A DNA stretch of 43,273 nucleotides from a virus. Its lineage: Duplodnaviria > Caudoviricetes. The stretch is taken from IMG/VR virus record IMGVR_UViG_3300032225_001806, positions 1 to 43,273 of that record; one strand, 5' to 3'. Under the pieces are notes generated by a model. That model saw only the letters and a list, made by a program, of their open reading frames with translations. It searched no databases and was not told the origin of the DNA. Of the stretch, positions 19,346 through 28,442 are shown piece by piece. A program made the position numbers and the translations under genes. Each line of letters starts with the position of its first letter. Within the stretch, counting starts at the first letter, position 1.

Positions 19346-20799
19346 AATTTATTTATTTAGGCTCTGAGGTTCCTAGTAATCGTAAAATATTAGAGGCAAT
19401 GGGTACTCGTGAGGTAGGCTTTTCCTACTGGCGTGCTGCCAAAAGAGGTTTGCCAAAAAGCAAGGATTACCTTCTTTCAAATTATTTTAATCCTTTTATG
19501 AACATTACTGTTTATCCAGGAATTCCCGCAGCCGTCCAGCTGACGGAGCGTGAGATAGAAGATTTTTGCGCTGATTATGAAGATTTTATTGCTAATAATA
19601 TTGACCGCATACATCAATTTGTAGAGGTAGACCACTCATCTATAAGTGAGCAGTTTGTTCAAGAACAGCGCAAAGGCGCATGGGATGAGATAGATAAAGA
19701 TAAATTTATTGCTGTTTTTAGGGCGCCCTATGATGATGTTAAATTAGAGTGGTTTGCCAGCACTTACAAAAATATATTAATTCCTAAAGAAAGATTGATT
19801 GAAAGCGCGTCCTTTACACAGCGCATGAAAGCCGCCATACGGGCTCATGGCACATCTTTTCATACTGCTGCTATGGCTGACCCAAGTGAATTAAAAACCG
19901 TCCCATTAGAGTCTATGAGTACCCTCTCATGGCTATCTCCAATGATGCATGGTGAGACAATTGTGTGGGACGGGGCTGCCTTAGTTAGGTATCCAAAGAA
20001 TATGAAAGAGCAAGCCCGACCAAGATGCAAAGTCGCTGCTGAAGCAGCAGACTTAGATTTTAATAAGATTATGGCAGATGATAATATTGAGGTCTGCAAA
20101 TTAGCCTTATGGTCGTATGAACAGTTGGAGGCTAAAATGGGGCAAGAGTTATCATATAACAGCGAAAAACCATTAGGTGAAGGTTTAGTGGAAACAACCC
20201 TCTCTGATGTTGATAAGAAGGAAGAAAAAAGCGGAAAATTAATTCCTCGTAAACCATCTGAGATGCTCACATTACCTGTCTTAGGGCTTGAGTATAAGAC
20301 AGTAATAGAACCCGATGAAGAGGGCCGGGATGTAATTTCTGAACGACAACTTATTACATCTTCCCCTAACTCTTTACGCATGTGCAACACCTGTTTTCTA
20401 TCTTCTAAATGCCCCGCTTTTAAGTTAGATAGTGCCTGTTCTTTTAACCTTCCTTTGGAATTAAAGACCAAAGACCAGATGCGTTCTTTCATCAATGCAA
20501 TCATTGAAATGCAAGGACAAAGAGTAGCATTTGCAAGGTTTTCCGAAGAAATTATGGGTGGTTATCCTGACCCGAATCTTAGCCAAGAAATTGACCGTTT
20601 GTTTAAAATTATTAAAACGGTAAAAGAACTTGACGACTCGCGAGAATTCATTAGAATGACCGTAGAAAGAAGCGGTGGGGCGGGGGTTCTGTCCAGTATT
20701 TTTGGGGAGAAAGCCACCCAGAATTTGCGTGAACTACCCGGCGGTGGCTATGATGCAGACGCAACAGATGCCCTAATTCAAGATATCACCGAGGAATAA
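19342..20799 (+). CDS. Hypothetical protein: possible TGT/DpdA-like barrel plus Cys4 C-terminal domain
   Basis: FSYW, ESMSTLSWLSPMMHG (resembles SxDSxSW...G), CNTC-x5-C-x8-C; fold call is tentative. Confidence 0.45.
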   Translation: MKFIYLGSEVPSNRKILEAMGTREVGFSYWRAAKRGLPKSKDYLLSNYFNPFMNITVYPGIPAAVQLTEREIEDFCADYEDFIANNIDRIHQFVEVDHSSISEQFVQEQRKGAWDEIDKDKFIAVFRAPYDDVKLEWFASTYKNILIPKERLIESASFTQRMKAAIRAHGTSFHTAAMADPSELKTVPLESMSTLSWLSPMMHGETIVWDGAALVRYPKNMKEQARPRCKVAAEAADLDFNKIMADDNIEVCKLALWSYEQLEAKMGQELSYNSEKPLGEGLVETTLSDVDKKEEKSGKLIPRKPSEMLTLPVLGLEYKTVIEPDEEGRDVISERQLITSSPNSLRMCNTCFLSSKCPAFKLDSACSFNLPLELKTKDQMRSFINAIIEMQGQRVAFARFSEEIMGGYPDPNLSQEIDRLFKIIKTVKELDDSREFIRMTVERSGGAGVLSSIFGEKATQNLRELPGGGYDADATDALIQDITEE

Positions 20800-20925
20800 C
20801 TATTATCATATAAGAGAATTATTCTTATATAAATTGTAACAGTTGCACTACTACTTGCTTTTACTGTAAGTTACACATATATGCCCTATCCTAGAACTCT
20901 GTCCTTTTAAAAAGAAAGAGTAACA

Positions 20926-22962
20926 ATGTCCTTATCATTTAAGATGTCTGACGATTTTATTGCCCAATATGAAAGCCGCCCAGTACCTTGGGGGTACACC
21001 GACGCAGGTGGAAATTCTTTGGGCGAAATTACTTTCCTTCGTACTTATTCCCGTATTAAAGAAGACGGAACCAAGGAGACTTGGGTAGATGTTTGCCGTC
21101 GTGTTATTGAGGGTATGTATGCTATCCAAAAAGACCATTGCAAAATTAATAGATTGCCTTGGAATGAAAAAAAGGCACAATCATCCGCTAAGGAAGCATT
21201 TCACCGGTTGTTTGAGTTAAAGTGGACACCACCCGGTCGTGGTCTTTGGATTATGGGAACTCCCCTTGTGAATGAGCAGCGGAACTCCGCTGCCTTGCAG
21301 AACTGTGCCTTTGTATCTACTGCTGAGATGACTCGTCACAATCCTGCCAAACCGTTTGCGTTTTTGATGGAAGCATCCATGCTTGGGGTGGGTGTTGGTT
21401 TTGACACCAAGGGAGCGGACAAGGGGTTCATAATTGGTAGCCCAGTTAAAGATGATGAGTCTGGTGTTGAGTTTGTGATTCCCGATACCCGTGAAGGTTG
21501 GGTTGAGTCAGTTTCAATGCTGATTAATTCTTATTTGAAACCGGAACCTCAGTTTGCCATACAGTTTGATTATTCCCAAATCCGTCCCGCAGGCGAACCC
21601 ATTAAGACTTTTGGTGGAACCGCAGCCGGGGCTGAGCCGCTAATTAAGTTGCATAAAGCAATCAGACAAATGTTTGAGGGCCGATATGGGGAAGAATTAG
21701 ATACTTGTGATATTGCCGACATTGGAAACCTTATTGGGGTTTGCGTGGTTTCGGGTAATGTCCGTAGGTCTGCAGAACTTCTCATGGGCGGTTTGCATGA
21801 CGAAACCTTCCTTAACCTTAAAAACCCTGAAAAGTTTCCTGAGCGAAACTCTTATGACCCAAAAAATCCGGGCTGGGCTTGGATGTCCAATAACTCTGTT
21901 GAGGTGAAGGTTGGAGACAATCTTTCTCACATTGTGGATAATATTGCGCTTAATGGTGAACCCGGTGTTATTTGGATGGATGTAACTCGTAACTACGGGC
22001 GACTCATTGACCAACCAAATAATAAGGATTGGAGAGCAGCAGGTTACAACCCCTGCGCTGAACAGTCGTTGGAGTCGTTTGAGTGCTGCACTCTTGTGGA
22101 AACTTACTTGAATCGCCACGAAAGCCTTGAGGATTACAAGCGCACTCTCAAGTTTGCTTATCTCTACGCCAAGACTGTTACTCTTCTTCCTACTCACTGG
22201 GAAGAAACTAATGCGATTATGCAGCGCAATCGTCGTATTGGAACTTCCATGTCTGGCATTGCCAACTTTGGCGATAATCGCGGGCTAACAACTCTCCGCG
22301 ATTGGATGAATGAAGGCTACAAAACTATTTCGTATTATGACTGCTCGTACTCCGAGTGGCTGGGTATTCGCGAATCTATTAAAACAACCACAGTAAAACC
22401 TTCGGGAACTGTGTCTATTCTTGCAGGAGAATCTCCTGGCGTACATTGGACTCCTGGCGGAGAATACTTCCTTCGTTCTATTCGTTTTGCCAATGACGAC
22501 CCAATGCTCTCTCTCTTTGAGGAAGCAGGCTACAAGGTTGAGAAGTCGGTTACCGACCCTGCTACCACGAGCGTGGTTTATTTTCCAATCAAATCTGCTG
22601 CTACTCGTTCTGAGTCCGAAGTCTCCATCTACGAAAAAATCTCTCTCGCTGCTCTCGCTCAGCGTCATTGGTCAGACAATTCTGTTTCTGTAACGATTTC
22701 ATTTGACGCAGAAAAAGAGCGCAAAGATGTAGGTACTGTTTTACACATGTACGACGGACAACTCAAAACTGTTTCCTTCCTGCCTATGGGTAATGCAACC
22801 TATCCGCAAATGCCTTATGCGCAAATCACAAAGGACGAGTATCAAACCAACACAAACAAATTGCAGCAAATTGACTTCTCATCTGTCTACGCAGGCAAAG
22901 CAAAAGATGCTGCTGGCGAAGCGTTCTGCACTACTGACGCTTGTGAAATGCCTCAAAAATAA
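20926..22962 (+). CDS. nrdJ: Class II (AdoCbl-dependent) monomeric ribonucleoside-triphosphate reductase
   Basis: PPGRGLW, LQNC, GNVRRSAE, NPCAEQSL, TVKPSGT, C-terminal CTTDAC. Confidence 0.95.
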   Translation: MSLSFKMSDDFIAQYESRPVPWGYTDAGGNSLGEITFLRTYSRIKEDGTKETWVDVCRRVIEGMYAIQKDHCKINRLPWNEKKAQSSAKEAFHRLFELKWTPPGRGLWIMGTPLVNEQRNSAALQNCAFVSTAEMTRHNPAKPFAFLMEASMLGVGVGFDTKGADKGFIIGSPVKDDESGVEFVIPDTREGWVESVSMLINSYLKPEPQFAIQFDYSQIRPAGEPIKTFGGTAAGAEPLIKLHKAIRQMFEGRYGEELDTCDIADIGNLIGVCVVSGNVRRSAELLMGGLHDETFLNLKNPEKFPERNSYDPKNPGWAWMSNNSVEVKVGDNLSHIVDNIALNGEPGVIWMDVTRNYGRLIDQPNNKDWRAAGYNPCAEQSLESFECCTLVETYLNRHESLEDYKRTLKFAYLYAKTVTLLPTHWEETNAIMQRNRRIGTSMSGIANFGDNRGLTTLRDWMNEGYKTISYYDCSYSEWLGIRESIKTTTVKPSGTVSILAGESPGVHWTPGGEYFLRSIRFANDDPMLSLFEEAGYKVEKSVTDPATTSVVYFPIKSAATRSESEVSIYEKISLAALAQRHWSDNSVSVTISFDAEKERKDVGTVLHMYDGQLKTVSFLPMGNATYPQMPYAQITKDEYQTNTNKLQQIDFSSVYAGKAKDAAGEAFCTTDACEMPQK

Positions 22963-22969
22963 TCTCTAA

Positions 22970-23012
22970 AAACAATTAAGCCCCCTGTTATTTACAGGGG
23001 GCTTAATTGTTT
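22970..23012. terminator. Bidirectional terminator between convergent blocks
   Basis: Perfect 19-bp stem AAACAATTAAGCCCCCTGT-TATTT-ACAGGGGGCTTAATTGTTT. Confidence 0.9.
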
Positions 23013-23025
23013 AGTAGTTTTTCCT

Positions 23026-23277
23026 TTACACAGACGCAGGTGTCGTGTCAGCCAAAATGGGTTCTCCACTTCCGCTATCTGTCGTGGGAACGACAATAAC
23101 GGGCTGAATCTCAAAAGCGGCATTGTGTTTCCTGAACAGGCCATTAGCCTTGTTCACAGTAATCGTACCACCACATTCTGCGCATTGTGCAACTGACCTA
23201 CTACCGAAAGGAATAACTACTCCTTCGGGCTTAGTACCGCCACCGACACATGGATTGGTTATTTCTTTATTTGCCAT
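23026..23277 (-). CDS. Zn-binding hypothetical protein
   Basis: C.GGG...CAEC...H; AAGGA SD. Confidence 0.65.
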   Translation of the reverse strand: MANKEITNPCVGGGTKPEGVVIPFGSRSVAQCAECGGTITVNKANGLFRKHNAAFEIQPVIVVPTTDSGSGEPILADTTPASV

Positions 23278-23309
23278 TTTCTTTTTCCTTAGTTTGTTTA
23301 TCGGTTTTA

Positions 23310-23516
23310 TTACAGAACTTTAAGAACGACCATGCAAGGGTCGCCACCTTTTTCCCATTCTTCTTCTTCTTCTTGGTTCATGTAGGGGTCGCCCTCATGC
23401 GTGTAGCAGAACGACTCGCTAATCCATTTTCTCTCAATACCTTTGTTTAGCCACGCACGAAAATCAGAGCGGTCTTTAAGTATTTCTCTCTCTTTAAAAA
23501 TCTCTACTTTATCCAT
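23310..23516 (-). CDS. Hypothetical protein
   Basis: W...GI...W....C.TH.G...EEEEW..G.DPC; coupled to the methyltransferase stop. Confidence 0.65.
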   Translation of the reverse strand: MDKVEIFKEREILKDRSDFRAWLNKGIERKWISESFCYTHEGDPYMNQEEEEEWEKGGDPCMVVLKVL

Positions 23517-24079
23517 TAGAATCTCTCTATCCATACTTGGGAGCCTGCCTCAATAATTCTAAACTTATTTTTCCATATTGTCAAAGCGGTTTTTATTCCA
23601 AGAGCAGGTTCATAGAACTCTCCTAGACCTACGCTCCATGTGTAATCATCAAAAGCAATAATCCCACCTTGCTTGACCCACCTTAAAGCATTGAGCGCAT
23701 CTATGGTTACTTGGGTAGCAGTATGGTCGCCGTCAATGTAAATAAAATCATATTTCTCTGTGGACTTCGGAGCCTCTTGTGCAAAAAACAGGTCGCTAGT
23801 CATCTGATATGGGACGACTCTGCTCTCGTTATTAAATCGGCTTAAATAATATTCTTTGACTTCATTAAAGTCCATAGACTCGTGGGCTTCCTCATCACTA
23901 CCTTGCCAAGTATCTACATCATCTATTCTGACAATGTTCTCCCTGTTGTCTAGTAGCCATTTGGTAGCGTCCCCTGTAAACACTCCAATCTGTAAAACCT
24001 TTAATGGCTTGTCAGTAGGAATATGTTTCTCAAAATAATGTTCTGCTGTTATCTTAAACCAATTCGGGAACTCGCTCAT
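23516..24079 (-). CDS. Class I SAM-dependent methyltransferase (Methyltransf_24-like)
   Basis: LQIGVFTG, VDTW, FIYIDGDH, GGIIAFDDY. Confidence 0.88.
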   Translation of the reverse strand: MSEFPNWFKITAEHYFEKHIPTDKPLKVLQIGVFTGDATKWLLDNRENIVRIDDVDTWQGSDEEAHESMDFNEVKEYYLSRFNNESRVVPYQMTSDLFFAQEAPKSTEKYDFIYIDGDHTATQVTIDALNALRWVKQGGIIAFDDYTWSVGLGEFYEPALGIKTALTIWKNKFRIIEAGSQVWIERF

Positions 24080-24279
24080 TTGTTCTCCAAATATTTAGAT
24101 ACCTTTTTCCAAACAATACCAGCAGCAACAAGACTGATGGTCAGAATCATTACGGGGTAAGAAATCCAAAAATCAAACCAATCGGAACTAATGTGTAGCC
24201 CATGTTCGTAAGTAATATTTAGCAATACAGTTTCAGAGTAATACATTATTTGGCTCTCCTGTTTTGTCGTCGTATCCAT
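24076..24279 (-). CDS. Small membrane protein
   Basis: One hydrophobic helix followed by KK; start uncertain. Confidence 0.5.
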   Translation of the reverse strand: MDTTTKQESQIMYYSETVLLNITYEHGLHISSDWFDFWISYPVMILTISLVAAGIVWKKVSKYLENK

Positions 24280-24375
24280 GCGTCACAGTAGTTGCATGAA
24301 TTATCTTTGCTGCCTCTTTCATGTCGGACATACTCTCCCTCATACCTCAATAGATTTGGGCAAGGGTCTTTTATC

Positions 24376-24585
24376 TCACTTGTCATAAAGGCTTCCTCTA
24401 ATTAAACTAATTTGTTCTAACTTAATGTTTGCTAGATTTTTTAGGCTCTTTTCTAACTCCGCTATTCTTTTGTTTAATGCTTCTATTTCTGTTATCTTGC
24501 TCTCCAACATTTGGTGGACTATCAGATTGTGTATGTCCAGCCTGACTTTGTTTTCCGAACTTTCCATTATGGCACTCACATTCAC
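24376..24585 (-). CDS. Coiled-coil hypothetical protein
   Basis: Heptad pattern IEALNKRIAELEKSL. Confidence 0.5.
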   Translation of the reverse strand: MNVSAIMESSENKVRLDIHNLIVHQMLESKITEIEALNKRIAELEKSLKNLANIKLEQISLIRGSLYDK

Positions 24586-24694
24586 AAGTAAAATATTGGT
24601 TTATGTATTCAGAGCCATGATTAAACTCATGCTTACAGCCGTTATGGTAGTTGGTTAAACACCACCCCGATAGACGAGAGTTATTCTCTCCCAT
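24422..24694 (-). CDS. Cys/His hypothetical protein
   Basis: WC...H..C...CECECH; long overlap with the next ORF. Confidence 0.5.
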   Translation of the reverse strand: MGENNSRLSGWCLTNYHNGCKHEFNHGSEYINQYFTCECECHNGKFGKQSQAGHTQSDSPPNVGEQDNRNRSIKQKNSGVRKEPKKSSKH

Positions 24695-24705
24695 AATTAC
24701 TACTA

Positions 24706-25125
24706 CTATGCGGTTTCTTGCTCAAAGTGATAAACAAATGTTTTAACAGCCACAATATTCCAATCGTCTGTGGCACTCCACTCGCCAAGCATCTCTTTTA
24801 GTGAGCAGTAAAAGAATATTTTTTCATCTAACACGCCAAAGGAGTCACAGTCAGTATCCTGATTGTATTCTCCAAAAGATATGTAATTCTCGTACACTTC
24901 ATCAGAGCCTTTGTATTTAACAGACACCCACGCCCCAATAGGCTGTTGTGGCTCTTGTTGCTCGTCTAATGCGTGGTCGTCATAATCATCAGGCTCATGG
25001 TTGGGGCACTCAACTTCATGGTCGTCATTAGTGCCATTACAGTCCTCACACTCTGACATTTCCCACTCATATTCTCCTGCGTCTTGTGAGTCTTTCCAAT
25101 AACGCTCGTCTTCATAGTCACTCAT
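24706..25125 (-). CDS. Acidic hypothetical protein
   Basis: 139 aa, coupled starts and stops. Confidence 0.65.
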   Translation of the reverse strand: MSDYEDERYWKDSQDAGEYEWEMSECEDCNGTNDDHEVECPNHEPDDYDDHALDEQQEPQQPIGAWVSVKYKGSDEVYENYISFGEYNQDTDCDSFGVLDEKIFFYCSLKEMLGEWSATDDWNIVAVKTFVYHFEQETA

Positions 25126-25348
25126 TAAAAGCCCCTTCTTGATTATTTACTGAAAAATCTACATAAATAATATTGTCATCTTCGTCGTCTACATCATTTC
25201 GTAGGTTCTTTACTGACCAATCCATAAAAAACTCACAAGTCGCTGCCCAAAAACGCTGCCACTCCTCATCTGTAAGTGGTGCAAATCCGTCAAAGTCCTC
25301 AATTCTGTTAAACACTAACTCATCAGGAAGGCTTATTATTTTAGTCAT
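25118..25348 (-). CDS. Acidic hypothetical protein
   Basis: 8-nt overlaps with both neighbours. Confidence 0.6.
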   Translation of the reverse strand: MTKIISLPDELVFNRIEDFDGFAPLTDEEWQRFWAATCEFFMDWSVKNLRNDVDDEDDNIIYVDFSVNNQEGAFNE

Positions 25349-25598
25349 TTTTTTCCACCCACATTTCGTAGATTCGGTCGCTTGTAGGTTCGTTGCTGAT
25401 GGTTTCCCAACCTTCTAACCCAATAATTTTGTCAATAGCGTCGTCCCAATTATCAAAGTCAGGCTTGTCAATACGCTCGCCTTCTTTATGGTCTAGGCTC
25501 TCAACTAGGTGGGCATATTCCTCAACAGTCAATTCTACAAACTGCTGCACTTCATAATCAAGCGCAATACTGCGATAGATACGAACATATTTACTCAT
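25341..25598 (-). CDS. Hypothetical protein
   Basis: ATG after GAGAGGA, TAATG coupling. Confidence 0.6.
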   Translation of the reverse strand: MSKYVRIYRSIALDYEVQQFVELTVEEYAHLVESLDHKEGERIDKPDFDNWDDAIDKIIGLEGWETISNEPTSDRIYEMWVEKND

Positions 25599-25753
25599 TA
25601 GTAATCCTCTCGCTCGTAAAGGTCTGAACCTTTGCAAGTAGCGCATAAGGCCATTTGGCTGTCCTCAAACAACACAATGCGCGTTGCCCTGCGATTGCAA
25701 ACATTACATTGGTCACCTTCGGAAGGAAGGTAATCTGTTGGTGTATCGGTCAT
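25598..25753 (-). CDS. Small Zn-finger protein
   Basis: CNVC...CATC. Confidence 0.55.
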   Translation of the reverse strand: MTDTPTDYLPSEGDQCNVCNRRATRIVLFEDSQMALCATCKGSDLYEREDY

Positions 25754-25766
25754 CTCTCTCTCTCTC

Positions 25767-26195
25767 TCATGCCCATATGTATGGAAGGTCGTCAGGCACT
25801 CCGTCAAAGCCCTGAAACTTAGAATAATGCATATTGTCTTTTCTTAGCAAGTTACTTTTATGCGATAAGTGAAAGTCAGGTTTGCCAATGATAGGCGGTC
25901 GCTCGCATGGGTAAGACTCAATAACATCAGGGTACATGGCTAGCACCTTGTCATAGACAGTATCGTTGTAGCCACGCTCACGCCACTCAACACAAACAAT
26001 TAGCGCGTACTCTGCTAATGCTGGCTCGTAGCCACGCCACAGATTCGTGCAAGGGTGATTGACCCAACCCTTCGTCATACCATTTAATGTTCTTAGTAAT
26101 TGGTACGCTTCCACACGCTGCTTACCTAACCTTCTCATGTCTAAGGCTTGCGCTGACTGATGAAAGTTTTCATAAGGCAAGAAGGTATTGACCAT
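25767..26195 (-). CDS. Pyrimidine-dimer DNA glycosylase / endonuclease V family (MSMEG_6728-like)
   Basis: TFLPY...LD.RRLGKQRVEAYQ...HP...WRGY...HLSHKSNLLRKD...DLPYIW. Confidence 0.85.
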   Translation of the reverse strand: MVNTFLPYENFHQSAQALDMRRLGKQRVEAYQLLRTLNGMTKGWVNHPCTNLWRGYEPALAEYALIVCVEWRERGYNDTVYDKVLAMYPDVIESYPCERPPIIGKPDFHLSHKSNLLRKDNMHYSKFQGFDGVPDDLPYIWA

Positions 26196-26196
26196 T

Positions 26197-26493
26197 TTAT
26201 TTTCGCCTTTCTAATTTAATTTGTCTGCGTAAATCTTTTCGTTGGTTCCAACTAAGCGCACCCCATACTCCCTGTATCCGTAGGTCTGTCATGGCAAACT
26301 CCGCGCACCTCACAATCTCAGGGCATTTACGACAGATTGCTTTGGCTGCTTCTGCTGCTTTTTCTTTTGTGCTTACAGGAAAAAATATTTCGGGGTCAAT
26401 ATTTGGGTCTGTGCATAAAGGATTATTTAATTTTGGGGGAGCGAGATGAATGAGTCCGTCATCATCATGGTGTGCTTGTATTTGCTTTCTCAT
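26197..26493 (-). CDS. whiB: WhiB-family transcription factor (second copy)
   Basis: C...DPEIFFP...AKAICRKCP....C...GVWGA. Confidence 0.9.
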   Translation of the reverse strand: MRKQIQAHHDDDGLIHLAPPKLNNPLCTDPNIDPEIFFPVSTKEKAAEAAKAICRKCPEIVRCAEFAMTDLRIQGVWGALSWNQRKDLRRQIKLERRK

Positions 26494-28442
26494 AGCGCAC
26501 CCACAATTTGACTACGCGCCACGCTCTTGGCAACCTCAATGATTTGCTTTGGGTCTGTAAGGTATTGCTTAATAATTGCGTCATGAAACAGATTGGTCAT
26601 AACTTGCTTGTAGCGCTTTGGCTTGTCGCTATCATCTACCCAAGAATAATAATCGCCGTTAATATTTAATGGATTACTTGCTCTGTGTGGGGATTCTAGA
26701 TAGATAGCAATAGTTATTACACCTTCTTTTTCCATTTCGCGTAACATTTCATCACACGCTTTGGAATTAGTCCACATTCCGTCTGTAATCATAAAGAGCA
26801 ACTTGGTTGTCTTTTGCGAGCCTGTGAAAGTCCTGTGTGCTGCAAGGATACAGTCCGTAGGATTCGTGCCACCACTTGACAATGGATTACGGAATTGGCT
26901 TGCATTAGTCCGTTCATCAGAAGTGTAGATTAGTTTAGGTGATTCATTAAACGCATAGCAAGCCACGCTACCCTGAATAGATTCCAACGCTCGCTTAATT
27001 ACCCACGCGGATTCATTGGCTTCTTGCATGACATGACCCATACTGCCTGAACAGTCTGTAAGAATTACCGCCTCAATTTCGTGGGAGTAATTACCTTCTG
27101 ACCACCTGTCAAAGATTTTGCCAAGAGCATTGGGGTCTTTTTTCATGTATCGCTGAATATTCACACGACCACTTGGCTGCTCCACTACCCATGAGGGGTC
27201 TGTGTCTGCCTGCAACTGCTCCAACTCACGCGCAAACTTAATTGCTGTGACACGCGCTTGTGGAGATACTATGGAATTATTTGGGAGACCTTTTTTAATG
27301 TTATTTACTACTGCTTTACCCATAGATTCACGAACAGTCTTTCGGATACGAGAGACCTCATTGTTAATTGCCTCGTCACCTTCCATATCGCCAACTGCTT
27401 GCTCTAATATTTGGCTAGCGCGACTTTGTTGGTCACCTTGTTGGTCGCCTTGTTGGTTACCTTGCTCGTCAGACTGTTGGTCAGACTGCTCGTCAGCCTT
27501 GTCCCAACCTTCTAGATTTTCCAAGTCCTCTGCCGATTGGTCGCTCTTGGTAATTTCATTTAATTGGTCTTGGATATTCTTAGGAGTTTCCGTCCGTCCT
27601 GCTTTCATTACAGGACGAGCCTTGCTTTGCTGCCTGCCCCAATTATCTTTGATAGGCTTGCTACAACCATTCGGGCTTTGTGGATTATCCATGTCGGAGA
27701 TTAGGTCATCGAACCCGATAATAATTTCCTTAGCCCTGTCAGGCTTTTGGAAAATATTAAGTAGTCGGAACTCGTCAATGTAATTTGCTAGTGCCTGTGT
27801 TTTTTCCAAGCCATACTCTTGGACTGCCATGCCTGCAAACACTTGTCGTATTTCTAATGGTAGGTGTCTGCGACTACGAGTGACTAGAAAATTGGCAGGA
27901 TTAAGATTTTCTGACAGCAATTTAATTACTGCGGTGTTAATGAAAGGGATTACGCTTGGGTACTTGTGCGTTAGGAGTACCTCAATCCGTCCGTCCTCTA
28001 AAATATTAAACGCGCGTAGGTAATTTTCATTTTCTTTGACCCACTTACCTAAGTCAGAGCCAACACGCGGAGAGTAGAGAAGGTGTGCGACTTCATGGTA
28101 GTTAAGGCCATGTAATGACGCGATATCCATATCGTTCACACGCCGACCATATTTAAGAGTGTTGATGTAAATATCTTTGCCGTCATTCATGGCAGGGACA
28201 GACATAGATGAGTCTTGGACAAGGTGGACAGTTGGCATACTCTTGGTGAGTACCTTGTCTGTCAGCGAGTAAACAGAAGCGAGCGCGTCTGTCTCCATTG
28301 TGAGCCTGTTCAGGTCAGAGAAGGAAGGCTCCACATATTCTGTGCCTGTTGCCTGTGCGCGTGTGTAGTCTGCGGTGCGTTGGTCGTAAAAACGATTCAT
28401 AACGCTAGTGCTTGGTCGCATATTTTTAGCCATGACAATCAC
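26490..28442 (-). CDS. Zincin metallopeptidase + vWA domain protein (CobT-like)
   Basis: HEVAH and FNILEDGRIE; MIDAS DCSGSM, GGT, ITDG; Q/D-rich linker. Confidence 0.88.
   Translation of the reverse strand: MIVMAKNMRPSTSVMNRFYDQRTADYTRAQATGTEYVEPSFSDLNRLTMETDALASVYSLTDKVLTKSMPTVHLVQDSSMSVPAMNDGKDIYINTLKYGRRVNDMDIASLHGLNYHEVAHLLYSPRVGSDLGKWVKENENYLRAFNILEDGRIEVLLTHKYPSVIPFINTAVIKLLSENLNPANFLVTRSRRHLPLEIRQVFAGMAVQEYGLEKTQALANYIDEFRLLNIFQKPDRAKEIIIGFDDLISDMDNPQSPNGCSKPIKDNWGRQQSKARPVMKAGRTETPKNIQDQLNEITKSDQSAEDLENLEGWDKADEQSDQQSDEQGNQQGDQQGDQQSRASQILEQAVGDMEGDEAINNEVSRIRKTVRESMGKAVVNNIKKGLPNNSIVSPQARVTAIKFARELEQLQADTDPSWVVEQPSGRVNIQRYMKKDPNALGKIFDRWSEGNYSHEIEAVILTDCSGSMGHVMQEANESAWVIKRALESIQGSVACYAFNESPKLIYTSDERTNASQFRNPLSSGGTNPTDCILAAHRTFTGSQKTTKLLFMITDGMWTNSKACDEMLREMEKEGVITIAIYLESPHRASNPLNINGDYYSWVDDSDKPKRYKQVMTNLFHDAIIKQYLTDPKQIIEVAKSVARSQIVGAL
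27426..27494 (-). repeat. 12-bp tandem repeat encoding (Q/E)Q(S/G)(D/N)
   Basis: DEQSDQQSDEQGNQQGDQQGDQQS. Confidence 0.75.

Noticed and set aside
19860-20504. Long antisense ORFs (also 27202-27783, 40322-40849, 43007-43225)
   Set aside because: Fully overlap well-supported genes on the other strand; shadows of biased or low-complexity codons
21933-21941. DnaA-box match TGTGGATAA
   Set aside because: Single copy inside nrdJ, with no cluster
125-22962. Inteins or introns in helicase, PolA, RecA or NrdJ
   Set aside because: ORFs are uninterrupted and of normal length, with no intein-like insertion evident
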